Notes: a model not told the origin generated them from the letters alone. DNA of 64,000 bases from Limnochordia bacterium (GCA_050952265.1 JBMNKP010000001.1:159770-223769), one strand, 5' to 3'; counted from the stretch's first letter, positions 36,885 through 47,368 are shown. Translations and numbers: made by a program.

Positions 36885-38355
36885 GCAGGAAAAAGTCCAC
36901 ACCATAGGGTTCTCCCTGGTTTCGAAACTCAATATCCAGCTCTGGTTCCGGCTCGTGGGCACGTTCCTCATGCTGAACATCGTGTTTGTCGCGGCGAGCG
37001 CCGTCACCCTGGGCGTCCTTGCTGAGCGCAGAGCAGCACAGGTTGTTCAGCAGATCGAGGCCTACGGACTGCCCGACTTGGCAGAAAGCAGCTGGCTGGC
37101 CAGCCAGGGTTTGGAGATCAGAGAACAGGACGCTGTGGAAGGCTTTCTCATACCTGAGCATCTGCAGCGGGTTTTTCCGCGGGAAACCCGGAGTGCTCGC
37201 CGCCAGGTCAGCCTTCCTCGTGACCCGGAGGCTCCGCTGTACCGCATCCTGGATAACCTCGAATACCGGCTTGTCCTGGAGATCGAGGACAGTCCCCTAG
37301 CCATTGTCATCCACTTCCCTGCAGAAATTTGGGTTCTGAAGACCGTCTTTATAGTGCTCTTAGTCTGGCAGTTGGTGACCGCCATCCGCAGCATAGGGCG
37401 CCGGGCAGAGCTGATCCGCCGCGTTCTGAGACCAATCTCCGAACTGGCCCAGCAGACCCAAACCCTTTCCCGGGACGAAGGCCGGCTGTCCATCGCACAG
37501 ATGCAGGCGCTGGCCGGTACTCTGGATGAGATCGACGCGGCACGGCTGGATAGGCGTATCGACCTAGAAGGGACCCAGGACGAACTCCAGGGTTTGGCCA
37601 CTGCCATCAACAGCCTGCTGGACCGGATCAACGAGTCTTACCGCCTGCAGGCGCGTTTTGTTTCCGACGCCTCCCACGAGCTCCGCACCCCCATCGCTGC
37701 CATCCAAGGGTATGTCAACCTGCTTGATCGCTGGGGGAAGAATGATCCCGAAGCCCTGCAGGAGTCCATTGACGCCCTCAAAGAAGAGGCGGCCAACATG
37801 AAGGAGCTGGTGGAGAAGCTGCTCTTCCTGGCCAGGGGAGATAACCTGACCATGCAGATCCACCTGGAGAACTTCGACCTGGCGATATTGGCCGAGACCC
37901 TCTTCAAGGAAACGGAGATGATCGACGGAGGCCACGAGTTCAGTTTGGCTGCCGAACCTGCTTTAGTGCGCGCTGATCAAGGCCTGGTCAAGCAGGCCTG
38001 CAGGATCCTTCTGGACAACGCCATCAAGTACACTCCGGCTGGAGGCAGCATCCGCCTCATGGTGAGCTGTGCCGATGGTAAGGCGCGCTTTACCGTGCAG
38101 GACTCGGGAGTGGGTATCCCGCCGGATGATCTACCCCACATCTTTGACCGTTTCTATCGGGCGGAGAATTCCAGGGCCCGGGCCACCGGGGGAACGGGCC
38201 TCGGCCTGTCGATTGCCAAGTGGATCGCCGAAAGGCACGGAGGCTACCTGGAAGTGCTCAGCCGGGAGGACTTCGGAACGCGCATTTCGTTCGTCCTGCC
38301 CGCCCATGAACCCGAACCAGAAGCCATCACAGTTCTCGAAGATAAAGCCATCTAG
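36874..38355 (+). CDS. HAMP-domain sensor histidine kinase (ArlS-like)
   Basis: FVSDASHELRTP, DNAIKYT, DSGVGI, FDRFYR, GTGLGL. Confidence 0.95.
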   Translation: MKNKQEKVHTIGFSLVSKLNIQLWFRLVGTFLMLNIVFVAASAVTLGVLAERRAAQVVQQIEAYGLPDLAESSWLASQGLEIREQDAVEGFLIPEHLQRVFPRETRSARRQVSLPRDPEAPLYRILDNLEYRLVLEIEDSPLAIVIHFPAEIWVLKTVFIVLLVWQLVTAIRSIGRRAELIRRVLRPISELAQQTQTLSRDEGRLSIAQMQALAGTLDEIDAARLDRRIDLEGTQDELQGLATAINSLLDRINESYRLQARFVSDASHELRTPIAAIQGYVNLLDRWGKNDPEALQESIDALKEEAANMKELVEKLLFLARGDNLTMQIHLENFDLAILAETLFKETEMIDGGHEFSLAAEPALVRADQGLVKQACRILLDNAIKYTPAGGSIRLMVSCADGKARFTVQDSGVGIPPDDLPHIFDRFYRAENSRARATGGTGLGLSIAKWIAERHGGYLEVLSREDFGTRISFVLPAHEPEPEAITVLEDKAI

Positions 38356-38378
38356 ATCCTCTGCTGTTCGACTTTCTC

Positions 38379-38405
38379 ACCGCGGCAACGCGGTTTTTTT
38401 GTTTT
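38379..38405 (+). terminator. Intrinsic terminator
   Basis: accgcg-gcaa-cgcggt-tttttt. Confidence 0.8.
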
Positions 38406-38409
38406 CCTG

Positions 38410-38466
38410 TTGACAGATGTTCCGCGACTGTGTATCTTAGAACTGTGTATAGTGTATATATACAGT
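38410..38466 (+). promoter_or_regulatory. Sigma-A promoter plus YtrA-type palindromic operator
   Basis: TTGACA-17-TATCTT; imperfect palindrome ACTGTGTATAGTGTATATATACAGT at 38442-38466. Confidence 0.75.
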
Positions 38467-38473
38467 ATGGGAG

Positions 38474-38860
38474 GTGGCCCCAATTGACATAATTCTTACT
38501 AACAGTGGTGATGTGCCCATCTACCAGCAGATTGTAGACCAGATCAAGGGGGCTGTCCTCAGGGGGGAACTGCGAGCTGATGAACCGCTGCCTTCCATCC
38601 GCCTGCTGGCCAAGGAGCTGCAGATCAGCGTGATCACCACCAAAAGAGCCTATGAAGAGCTGGAAAGCGAAGGTCTGATCTACACGATTCCGGGGAAGGG
38701 ATCATTTGTTGCCGGTGTGGACCAGCACGCTTTGAGGGAATCCAAGGAGCAGATGTTAGAGGAGAAGGCCAAAGAACTGCTGGCTGCGGCAGAGCTGCTG
38801 GGTTTGAGCAGGAGAGAACTGCGGGCGATTTTGAACCGTGTATTGGGGGATGAGCGATGA
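38474..38860 (+). CDS. GntR family regulator, YtrA subfamily
   Basis: PIYQQI..QIK, LPSIR.LA.EL.ISVITTKRAY.ELE, GKGSFV. Confidence 0.92.
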   Translation: MAPIDIILTNSGDVPIYQQIVDQIKGAVLRGELRADEPLPSIRLLAKELQISVITTKRAYEELESEGLIYTIPGKGSFVAGVDQHALRESKEQMLEEKAKELLAAAELLGLSRRELRAILNRVLGDER

Positions 38861-39735
38861 AACCGATTCTCGAGTTGAAAAATGTCACCAAGCGTTATAC
38901 TGGCTTTACTCTGGACAGGGTGAGCTTTGCCCTCGAACCGGGGTACATCATGGGCTTTATCGGTCCAAACGGCGCCGGGAAAACCACAACGATTAAGCTG
39001 ATCATGAACCTGATCCGTCCAGACGAAGGTGAGATCAAGATCTTCGGGTTGGACCACAGAAGGCACGAACAGGAGATCAAACAGCGCATCGGCTTTGTCT
39101 ACGATGAAAGCAATTTCTACGACACTTTGACCACAACCGAGATGACCAAGGTTATTGCACCTTTGTACAAGAATTGGGATTGGGCCGCTTACCGCAAGTA
39201 CACGGAGAAGCTCGCGCTGCCGGATCGCAAGAAACTGTCTCAGTTCTCCCGGGGCATGAAGATGAAGTATGCCTTGGCGCTCGCCCTGTCACACCGAGCC
39301 GAGCTCCTGGTTATGGATGAACCAACCTCTGGCCTCGATCCCGTGGTGCGCAGTGAGTTCCTGGATATCCTCCGGGATGTGATCCAGGATGAGCGCTGTT
39401 CGGTGCTCCTTTCTTCCCACATCACCTCTGATCTGGACCAGATCGCGGATTACGTGACCCTGATCAACGGCGGCCGCATAGTCTTCAGCGAGTCCAAAGA
39501 AGAGCTGTTGGAAGAATACGCGCTGATCAAAGGGGAAAAGTCGCTTCTCGACAGCGGGCTGCGGGAGTATGTTGTTGGTCTTAAGGAGAGCCGGTTTGGT
39601 TTTGAAGGGTTGGTTACAAACAGGGCCGAAGTGCAGCGGTTCGTCGGCAGCCGAGCCGTGCTGGAGCGGCCTAACCTTGAGGAAATCATGCTTTACTGCC
39701 TGAGGGGGAATGGAAATGATCACGCTGGTGCTTAA
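38857..39735 (+). CDS. ABC-2 type transporter ATP-binding protein
   Basis: GPNGAGKTT, FSRGMK, MDEPTSGLDP, SSH. Confidence 0.93.
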   Translation: MKPILELKNVTKRYTGFTLDRVSFALEPGYIMGFIGPNGAGKTTTIKLIMNLIRPDEGEIKIFGLDHRRHEQEIKQRIGFVYDESNFYDTLTTTEMTKVIAPLYKNWDWAAYRKYTEKLALPDRKKLSQFSRGMKMKYALALALSHRAELLVMDEPTSGLDPVVRSEFLDILRDVIQDERCSVLLSSHITSDLDQIADYVTLINGGRIVFSESKEELLEEYALIKGEKSLLDSGLREYVVGLKESRFGFEGLVTNRAEVQRFVGSRAVLERPNLEEIMLYCLRGNGNDHAGA

Positions 39736-40357
39736 GGAACTGCTGGTACAGAAAATGATGGTCGGCCCGGTGCTGCTCTACATCCTCGTCTTCTCCTTTG
39801 CTTTTCGAAACACCGGGGATGCGCAGGCCGTGGCCATCGTCACCGCGGTGGGCTACATGTTCGTCATGCTCTGCGGTGCTTGGGATGAGAAGGTTAATGC
39901 GGATAGGCTCTGGAACAGCCTGCCCGTTCCCAAGTGGCAGATCGTGGGGGCGCGGTATCTAGCCCTGCTGGTCTACACGGTCCTGGTCGCACCGCTCACC
40001 ACGGCGGTGCTTGCCCTCCTTACCTCCGCCGGTATCATCAAGGCAGCTGGGGCTGCCAGCCTGGTGAACGCCCTGGCCGGCGTGGGCGCCGTGATGGTGC
40101 TGGCCAGCCTGTTCCTGCCCCTCTACTTCGCCTTTGGCTACACCAAGTCCAGGGTCCTGAACATGCTGGTCTTTGTGGGTTCCTTCTCCCTTTCCACCAT
40201 CGTGTCCAGCTCCGTGAGCAAACAGCCTGCCTGGATCGCCGCCCTGGACAGGCTTGGGGGAGCCGTGGTCGCGGTTGGCGCCGTGGGCCTCGTTGCCGTG
40301 ATTGCCGTCCTTTCGTTCTTCGTCTCGCTGAAACTCTACTCCCGCCGGGAGTTCTAA
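39710..40357 (+). CDS. ABC-2 transporter permease
   Basis: Six TM; DEK...D....SLPV.K.QIVGARY; SLKLYSRREF end. Confidence 0.85.
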   Translation: MEMITLVLKELLVQKMMVGPVLLYILVFSFAFRNTGDAQAVAIVTAVGYMFVMLCGAWDEKVNADRLWNSLPVPKWQIVGARYLALLVYTVLVAPLTTAVLALLTSAGIIKAAGAASLVNALAGVGAVMVLASLFLPLYFAFGYTKSRVLNMLVFVGSFSLSTIVSSSVSKQPAWIAALDRLGGAVVAVGAVGLVAVIAVLSFFVSLKLYSRREF

Positions 40358-40451
40358 CCCAGAACACAATCAAGCGCCTCTCTGCAGGGAAAAGCCCATC
40401 CTATGCCAATAATTAGAGAAGGGCTTTGGAAAACTGCAGGGAGGTGCTTTT

Positions 40452-41453
40452 GTGTTTGCTCCGTTTAAATTGAAAAGCATAGCCATTCCCAACCGCATCG
40501 TCATGCCGCCCATGTGCATGTACTCCGCTGGTGATGATGGCTTTGTGACTGACTGGCACCTGGTCCACTACGGTGCCCGGGCGGTGGGGAAGGTCGGCTT
40601 GATCATTTTGGAGGCCACAGCCGTTGAAAAGAGGGGGCGCCTCAGCGGCGGTGACTTGGGGATCTGGGACGACGTTCAGATCGCCGGCTTGAGCCGCCTC
40701 GTGGAATTCTGCCGGGCCCAGGGGTCTGCGGTGGGAATCCAGATCGCCCACGGCGGGCGCAAGTCCTGGGGTGACGACCTTGTGGCCCCTTCGGCGCTGG
40801 CTTTTCCCGGCTATCCCGTACCCCATGCCCTCGGCACTTCCGAGATCAGGGACGTGGTGGAAAGCTGGCGTCAGGCGGCGAGAAGGGCCCGCCTTGCCGG
40901 ATTTGATCTCCTGGAGATCCACGGCGCCCACGGCTATTTGATCCATGAGTTCCTTTCTCCCTTGAGCAACCAGCGCACAGACGAGTACGGCGGCAGCCTG
41001 GAAAACCGCATGCGCTTCCTGCTGGAAGTGGTGGAAGCGGTTCAGAGCGAGTGGCCCGGGGATAGGCCCCTCTGCGTGCGGCTCTCCGCTGTGGATTACC
41101 TGGAAGGCGGGCTGACCATCACGGACACCGTGGAGATCGCCAAAGCGCTCAAGGCCAAGGGTGTTGACCTGCTGGACATAAGCAGCGGCGGGATTCTCTC
41201 CGCGCGCATTGAAACCGGCCCCGGCTACCAGGTTCCCTTTGCCGAAGCAGTGAAGAAAGGGGCGGGAATCCCAACCATCGCCGTTGGGTTAATCACCAGC
41301 CCAGAGCTGGTCCAGGAGATCCTGGCAAACGGGCGGGCAGATTTCGTCGCTTTGGGCAGGGAGCTTCTGCGCAATCCCTACTGGGTGCTTGAGGCTAAGA
41401 AGGAGCAGGAGCTCTGGCCCGAGCAGTACCACAGGGCGCTGCCCACAGACTGA
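40452..41453 (+). CDS. namA: NADPH dehydrogenase, old yellow enzyme (YqjM/NamA)
   Basis: NRIVMPPMCMYS, QIAHGGRK, EIHGAHGYLIHEFLSPLSN.RTDEYGG, PGYQVPFA. Confidence 0.9.
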   Translation: MFAPFKLKSIAIPNRIVMPPMCMYSAGDDGFVTDWHLVHYGARAVGKVGLIILEATAVEKRGRLSGGDLGIWDDVQIAGLSRLVEFCRAQGSAVGIQIAHGGRKSWGDDLVAPSALAFPGYPVPHALGTSEIRDVVESWRQAARRARLAGFDLLEIHGAHGYLIHEFLSPLSNQRTDEYGGSLENRMRFLLEVVEAVQSEWPGDRPLCVRLSAVDYLEGGLTITDTVEIAKALKAKGVDLLDISSGGILSARIETGPGYQVPFAEAVKKGAGIPTIAVGLITSPELVQEILANGRADFVALGRELLRNPYWVLEAKKEQELWPEQYHRALPTD

Positions 41454-41539
41454 AAGAACGGGCAGGGAGTCGTTCGCTTGTCGAGAATAGGACAGTGGAC
41501 AGGCAGTCCAGTGCATACTTCGTGCGGAGGGATTCGGAT

Positions 41540-42943
41540 ATGATCGATCTATTCCAAGCGGCGGTCCCCAAGTTGGGGCCTGAGCTGGATCCGGGGTTCA
41601 GGCCTGCTTCTTTGTGGAACAGAGCCTTTGCTGCAGCTGTGCGGGAGTCGGGACAGGCGGTGCCCTTTGCCCTGGCCCTGGAACGGGATGGTGGACAGGT
41701 TTCTGTGTACCGAACTCAGCTCTTCCCTTCGGGTCAGAGGCCGGAGTGGGATGCTGCTAACTGGCTTTATGTGGAGCGGCTCGTCAAGTGCCTGCTCTGG
41801 ATGAGGGGCGGCTGGAAGATCATCGCGGGCGGCTCTGAGTATATCGGCCAGAAGCTGAAAGAGGCCTATGCTCCCGGAGGCCTGCGCGCTTTTGATCAGG
41901 AGTTTATGGGCGGGGTTTACGAGCGGCCCTTTACGGTGGAAGTGGTTGGCTTGGATGAGGTGCCAGAACCCTTTGAGAAGACCGAAAGGGTGGGAGGCCA
42001 CTTCGAGGGATGCCGCATCGGCTTTGATGCTGGGGGCAGTGACCGGAAGGTGGCAGCCTTGATCGACGGCGAGGTTGTCTTCGCCGACGAGACGGTCTGG
42101 CATCCCAAACTTGCCGAAGACCCTGAGTACCACTTCGATGGTATTATGGACTCGCTGCGGAGAGCAGCGGCCCATCTCCCCCGCGTGGATGCCTTAGGGG
42201 TCAGTTCCGCTGGCATCTACATTAACAACCGCACCATGGTGGCTTCGCTGTTCCTGAAGGTGCCGCAGGGTCTATTTGATGCCAAGGTGAAGGATATCTA
42301 CCTGAGGGCGGCTCAGGAGTTAGGGAACGTTCCAGTAGATGTCCGCAACGACGGCGATGTGACTGCTCTAGCGGGCGCTTCTGCCCTCGGTGACACCAGG
42401 GTCTTGGGAATCGCCATGGGCACAAGCGAGGCTGCGGGTTTTGTGGATGCTGCAGGCTCGCTGACGGGCTGGCTCAACGAGCTCGCCTTCGTACCTGTAG
42501 ACTACAACCCCCAGGCCATGGTGGATGAATGGTCTGGCGACTACGGCTGCGGTGTGAAGTACTTCTCACAGGACGGCGTCATCAAGCTGGCTCCCGCGGC
42601 CGGCATCGAGCTGGCTGGGGATCTCACACCTGCCGAGAAGCTGAGTACCGTTCAGAAGCTTCTCGCCGACGGGCACCCCGGCGCGCGGAAGATTTTTGAA
42701 AGCATCGGCCGCTACCTGGGGTACGCCGCTGCACACTATGCCAATTTCTACGACATCAAGCACATCTTGATCCTTGGACGGGTAACCTCAGGGGAGGGAG
42801 GAGTGCTGATCCAGGAGAAAGCGGCTGAGGTTCTGCAGGCTGAGTGTCCGGAGCTGTCGCACATCCAGTTCCACCTGCCGGGGGAAAGCGACCGGCGCGT
42901 CGGCCAGGCTATTACTGCAGCTGGACTGGTACCCCTTGCCTAA
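41540..42943 (+). CDS. ROK family protein with N-terminal extension
   Basis: IGFDAGGSDRK, GVSSAG, NDGDVTAL, AMGTSEAAG, NELAF. Confidence 0.8.
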   Translation: MIDLFQAAVPKLGPELDPGFRPASLWNRAFAAAVRESGQAVPFALALERDGGQVSVYRTQLFPSGQRPEWDAANWLYVERLVKCLLWMRGGWKIIAGGSEYIGQKLKEAYAPGGLRAFDQEFMGGVYERPFTVEVVGLDEVPEPFEKTERVGGHFEGCRIGFDAGGSDRKVAALIDGEVVFADETVWHPKLAEDPEYHFDGIMDSLRRAAAHLPRVDALGVSSAGIYINNRTMVASLFLKVPQGLFDAKVKDIYLRAAQELGNVPVDVRNDGDVTALAGASALGDTRVLGIAMGTSEAAGFVDAAGSLTGWLNELAFVPVDYNPQAMVDEWSGDYGCGVKYFSQDGVIKLAPAAGIELAGDLTPAEKLSTVQKLLADGHPGARKIFESIGRYLGYAAAHYANFYDIKHILILGRVTSGEGGVLIQEKAAEVLQAECPELSHIQFHLPGESDRRVGQAITAAGLVPLA

Positions 42944-43029
42944 CTGTGAACAACTGTCAAGCTCCAAATGAACGAAACGAGCGGGCCAACAAGGCCCGCT
43001 CTGTCCATTGTTTCACTCTCTGTTCATGG

Positions 43030-44289
43030 TCAGAACAAGACGAACTCGATCCAGTACGCAATCAGGCCTATGATCAGGGCGGGGATACTGGTGATCAGCG
43101 TTGCCCAGAACGCAGAGCGCTTGTCGATCGCGATCAGCGGGAACAGGGCGTCCCCGTCTTGGGAAATGGCGTTGGCCAGCACCGCCGCAAACGGTACCAG
43201 TCCTTTTGTAAAGAGGCTCACAAAGATGATCTGCGGGCCGCAGCCGGGAATCACTCCGATCAGCACGCCCACCAGGACTGCCAGCAGACCGGTCTGGGAG
43301 AGGAACCCGGCCATCACTGCTTCTCCAGCGGCATGGCTGCCGCCGCCGAGGAAGAAGACGAAGAGCTCGTAGACCAGGTAGGCAGCAAACACCCAGGTGC
43401 CAACAAAGGCCGTTTCCTGTGCGTTGTGGATGAGGGTTTCCTTGATACTGGCCAGCTTCATCTCCGATTCTTCATGCGTGTCCGCGACCATAAACTTCTT
43501 GCTGAACAGCATCATCAAGATGGAGAAGGCCGTTCCCACCAGTCCCAGCACCAACCCTAGGTTGGGGACAAACAGGCCGTCGATGTCCACCTGGAAGATA
43601 TCGAGGATACCCAACAGAAGGCCAACAGCGATGAATGCCCAGTAGAAGATGTAAGCGCTGTGGGTGAGTTTGTAGCCGAAGGACTGGGGCGATTGGTGCC
43701 CCTTGACTTCGTGGTGCAGGATGAGGTCGATTTCATCGCCTTCCGCGTGGCCGATATGGTGCCAATGCTCATGGTCGATGCCGGTTTCGCTCTCGAAAAT
43801 GCTGTGATCCATGGCCTCGTGGGCTTCTTTTTCCCGCTTTCGATGCTCTTGAGCTGCTTCGAACTTGGCAATGAGGCGCTCACCCAGGGGGAAGAGATCA
43901 ACGATGTAACCTATGGCAATGGCCAGGACGAAGTTTATTGCTGACACTAGGACAAACTGTTTTGGCATGACGGTCATGAAGACAAAGGCCGAATCGCCCA
44001 TGGTGGCGATCAGGGCTGCGATAACTGTGCCGAAGCTGACAATGCGCCGGGGAAAGAGGGGCATAAGGAAAATGGCCCCGCCGCAGCCCGGGGTCAGGCC
44101 GAGGAAGGCCCCGATGATCGGCTGGAACCTCTTTGCGTTCTCGATTTTCTTAACCAAGCGTCCACTGAGCAGGTAGTCCACGTAACCGAACAGGAGCAGG
44201 ACAGCTCCAACAAAGGCTGTGACCTGCACAAAGGCACTCTCAGCGCTTTGAGCGATGATCTGCAGCACTTCCGCGAACATGTTTGTCAC
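43030..44289 (-). CDS. Putative manganese transporter (DUF2899-like permease) with His-rich loop
   Basis: Duplicated PGCGG/PGCGP, ATMGD and SQDGDA motifs; HEHWHHIGH loop. Confidence 0.8.
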   Translation of the reverse strand: MTNMFAEVLQIIAQSAESAFVQVTAFVGAVLLLFGYVDYLLSGRLVKKIENAKRFQPIIGAFLGLTPGCGGAIFLMPLFPRRIVSFGTVIAALIATMGDSAFVFMTVMPKQFVLVSAINFVLAIAIGYIVDLFPLGERLIAKFEAAQEHRKREKEAHEAMDHSIFESETGIDHEHWHHIGHAEGDEIDLILHHEVKGHQSPQSFGYKLTHSAYIFYWAFIAVGLLLGILDIFQVDIDGLFVPNLGLVLGLVGTAFSILMMLFSKKFMVADTHEESEMKLASIKETLIHNAQETAFVGTWVFAAYLVYELFVFFLGGGSHAAGEAVMAGFLSQTGLLAVLVGVLIGVIPGCGPQIIFVSLFTKGLVPFAAVLANAISQDGDALFPLIAIDKRSAFWATLITSIPALIIGLIAYWIEFVLF

Positions 44290-45032
44290 CTCTGGCCGCC
44301 GCGGCAGGCCGCAACGATGGCCCGGATCGCATCGGGATCAACGAACTGGTGGAAGTCCTGGGCATCCTGAGCGCCCATTTCCACCTGCGACGCCGGTTTC
44401 ATTTTCGAAGCCACCTTGGTGCGGCTGCTGGTGTGGATCTCCTTGATGGGCAGCTTGAGCAGCTCATGAACATTGTGGGGTCGCACGCCTCCGCCGGGCA
44501 TGATCGAGATGCGCCCAGCGGCCAGCTCGATCAGTTCCTCAAGGAGGGGCATGCCTTCAAGGGCTGTCTGCCGCTGGCCGGAGGTCAGCAGGCGGTCCAC
44601 CCCTAGGTCGATCAGAGCATGCAGCGCCTGGTACGGATCGCGCGCCACATCAAAGGCGCGGTGGCATGTCACTTCCAGTCCCAGGCTTTTGGCCAGCTGG
44701 ACTAGGCGGGACATGGCGAGATAATCCAGCTGCCCGTCCGCACTCAAGACGCCGAACACCACACCCTGGGCACCTAGATCCGCGGCGATGCGGATATCTT
44801 CTTCCATTTCGGCGATCTCCTCATGGTTATAGAGGAAATCACCTCCCCGGGGGCGTATCATTACCATGGTCCCGAGGTGGCCCAGGGCGGCACTCCTTTT
44901 GATCAGGCCGTAGTTGGGCGTAGTACCTCCGGCGCCGGGGTCGGAGCATAGTTCCACGCGTTGCGCGCCTCCCGCGCGTGCCCGGAACACGTCTTCCAGA
45001 TTGAAGCAGACGACTTCTACTAAGATATCCAT
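44286..45032 (-). CDS. cutC: Copper homeostasis protein CutC
   Basis: GGA.RVELC, GGTTP.YG, MIRPRGGDF.Y, T.HRAFD, LLTSG, IMPGGGV. Confidence 0.92.
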   Translation of the reverse strand: MDILVEVVCFNLEDVFRARAGGAQRVELCSDPGAGGTTPNYGLIKRSAALGHLGTMVMIRPRGGDFLYNHEEIAEMEEDIRIAADLGAQGVVFGVLSADGQLDYLAMSRLVQLAKSLGLEVTCHRAFDVARDPYQALHALIDLGVDRLLTSGQRQTALEGMPLLEELIELAAGRISIMPGGGVRPHNVHELLKLPIKEIHTSSRTKVASKMKPASQVEMGAQDAQDFHQFVDPDAIRAIVAACRGGQR

Positions 45033-45114
45033 GGGGCAGCTGCTCCTTTCCAGACCAAAGCAGCCTCACCGAGGTTTGGCAAGGCTGTTTGAGGCTGTCT
45101 ATGGAAGCAGCGGT

Positions 45115-45324
45115 TTACTGCTCGCCTTCCAGCAGAGCCTGCACTCGGTCAACTACTTCCTGAGAAGTCAACTCGGCAATCTTGGCCCAAAAGCTCTCTG
45201 TGGCAGAACCAATAAACTCACTGACTATTTTCGTTCCTCTGCTGTTCCAGATGGTCAACTTGGGACGGTCACCTTGATCACGGAGCCGGACGAAAAAGTC
45301 GCCAGCCTTGAACATAGTGCTCAA
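45115..45324 (-). CDS. Small hypothetical protein (69 aa)
   Basis: GGGAGG RBS before TTG; co-oriented with cutC; globular composition. Confidence 0.65.
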   Translation of the reverse strand: MSTMFKAGDFFVRLRDQGDRPKLTIWNSRGTKIVSEFIGSATESFWAKIAELTSQEVVDRVQALLEGEQ

Positions 45325-45471
45325 CTTAATTACCTCCCCTCAGCAATCTAAATACCTCTTGTGTCTTGGAAACTCCTGCCGGTCAGGCAGCTTTTCTTAA
45401 CAGATAAGACACGCTCTGAGCGTTTAAATTTGGTAAAATTGAGGGACATTAACCCTGAAGGGACGACCTGG

Positions 45472-46455
45472 ATGTTTAGTGAACTCGGCAGGGCTTCGCT
45501 GCTCATCTTCTTAGCAGAGTTGGGGGACAAAACACAGCTTCTCGCGATGGCCTTCGCCCTGCAGTACTCCGTGCGTGAGGTGCTGCTTGGTGTGGCCTTG
45601 GGGTCCCTGCTCAACCACGGGTTAGCCGTGATCATCGGCTCCTACCTGGCTTATCTAATTCCCCTGTCTGCCGTAAGGCTGGGATCTGCCCTGCTTTTTA
45701 TTGTGTTTGGCCTCTGGAACCTTTGGTCAAAAGAGGAAGAGTTGGATCAAAATCACAAGGCGCTGGGCAGCCCTGTAGTCGTGGTTGCCCTGGCCTTTTT
45801 CTTGGGCGAACTGGGGGACAAGACCCAGCTTACAGCCATCGCCCTCGCTTCTAACGCGGTTTACCCCGCCGCGGTCCTTGCCGGCACAGTGCTGGGCATG
45901 GTCCTCACCAGCCTGGGCGGCATCTATGTAGGTACCAAACTGGGCGACCGCATCCCTGAACTGGCCCTGAAGCTTATCTCCAGCTATGTGTTTATAGGTT
46001 TCGGCATCTTCCACCTGATCCAGACCGTGCCGCGGCACCTGTTGACTCCGGTGAATACAGCGGCCGCACTTGCCGCTTTGGGGTCTGCTGTCCTGTTTCG
46101 CAGTGTTCAGCTGTGGAGGCAGCACGGCCTAGGCAGCCGGGGCGGAGAGATGAAAAACGTCGCCCGGCAGCTCCAGGCCCTGGACCGCCTGCTTGGCGAA
46201 ATCTGCTTGGGCGAAGAAGACTGCCGGGCGGAACACTGCCCGGTGGGCTACTGCAAGAAGCTGGTCAGAGATGAATTGAACGGCTCCAGGGACAAAAAAC
46301 GCCGCCAGGTGGTGCAGCCTTTTGCACGGCGGGGCCAGCAGTTTGACCGGCGCAAGCTGGAGCAGGCCCTGGCGGTGCTGGAGACAGCTGGCTTTGATCA
46401 GGAACTGTACAGAGAACTGAAGACCAATCTGGAGAAGCTCCTGCGCCCGGTCTAA
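45472..46455 (+). CDS. TMEM165/GDT1 (UPF0016) Mn2+/Ca2+ transporter with Cys-rich C-terminal tail
   Basis: Two ELGDKTQL motifs; tail CLGEEDCRAEHCPVGYC. Confidence 0.9.
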   Translation: MFSELGRASLLIFLAELGDKTQLLAMAFALQYSVREVLLGVALGSLLNHGLAVIIGSYLAYLIPLSAVRLGSALLFIVFGLWNLWSKEEELDQNHKALGSPVVVVALAFFLGELGDKTQLTAIALASNAVYPAAVLAGTVLGMVLTSLGGIYVGTKLGDRIPELALKLISSYVFIGFGIFHLIQTVPRHLLTPVNTAAALAALGSAVLFRSVQLWRQHGLGSRGGEMKNVARQLQALDRLLGEICLGEEDCRAEHCPVGYCKKLVRDELNGSRDKKRRQVVQPFARRGQQFDRRKLEQALAVLETAGFDQELYRELKTNLEKLLRPV

Positions 46456-47318
46456 TCCTCGCCGAGGATGCGGATCTCCGGTTCAAGACGCACTCCAAAC
46501 TTCTCCCATATTTCAGACTGAATGGCCGCGATCAGATCGAGGAAATCTTTGGCCTTGGCTTCTCCCGTCTTTACGATAAAGCCGGCATGCTTGGTCGATA
46601 CTTCGGCACCGCCGATGCGCAGGCCTTTCAGCCCGGCTTTTTCGATGAGCGGCCCCACATAGTGGTCAGGCGGGCGCTTGAAGGTGCTCCCCGCGCTGGG
46701 GAGTTCCAGCGGCTGCTTGCTGCGGCGCTGGTGCTGAAGTTCATCCATCTTCTGCCGGATTGCGGCCCGGTCCTTTGGAACGAGTTCCAATTCGACTCGA
46801 GTAATGATGGGCATGCTGGCTTCCTTCTGGAAACGGCTCGTCCTGTAAGCGAAGCTCAGTTCGCTGCGGTCCCAGGTTTTGACCTCTCCATCCTGGACAA
46901 GCTGTGCCGAACGTACCAATGGCCCGATCTCACCGCCGTATGCTCCGGCGTTCATGAAGGAGGCGCCGCCAAGCCCGCCGGGGATGCCCACCGCGAACTC
47001 CAGCCCGCTGAGGCTGTACTGCAGGGCGAGTTTGCTGAGGGAGCTCAAAAGGCAGCCGGTGGTGGCGGTGAGCACCTGACCATCCACCCTGGCCTTGGCA
47101 AAGGGCGCAGCGATCTGGATCACTACTCCCCGGATGCCGCCGTCCCGGATCAGGAGGTTGGTGCCGTAACCGATCACCGTCAAGGGGTAGTTGTGCTCAA
47201 GGGCGAAGCGCTGAGCCTGAACCACCTCATCGAGGTTAGATGGCTGAATGAAAAAATCGGCAGGCCCGCCCACGCCAAGGGAAGTGAGATTGGCGAGGGG
47301 GTAGTTGCGCAGGAACAT
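46452..47318 (-). CDS. murB: UDP-N-acetylenolpyruvoylglucosamine reductase
   Basis: GVGGPAD, G.GTNLL..DGG, GLEFAVGIPG, MNAGAYG, QPLELPSAGSTFKRP, VSTKHAGFI, LEPEI; AGGAGG RBS. Confidence 0.95.
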   Translation of the reverse strand: MFLRNYPLANLTSLGVGGPADFFIQPSNLDEVVQAQRFALEHNYPLTVIGYGTNLLIRDGGIRGVVIQIAAPFAKARVDGQVLTATTGCLLSSLSKLALQYSLSGLEFAVGIPGGLGGASFMNAGAYGGEIGPLVRSAQLVQDGEVKTWDRSELSFAYRTSRFQKEASMPIITRVELELVPKDRAAIRQKMDELQHQRRSKQPLELPSAGSTFKRPPDHYVGPLIEKAGLKGLRIGGAEVSTKHAGFIVKTGEAKAKDFLDLIAAIQSEIWEKFGVRLEPEIRILGED

Positions 47319-47368
47319 TCTGCCGCCTCCTGTCTCGGCCGTAATCATGTATATTCTACCACAAAAGC

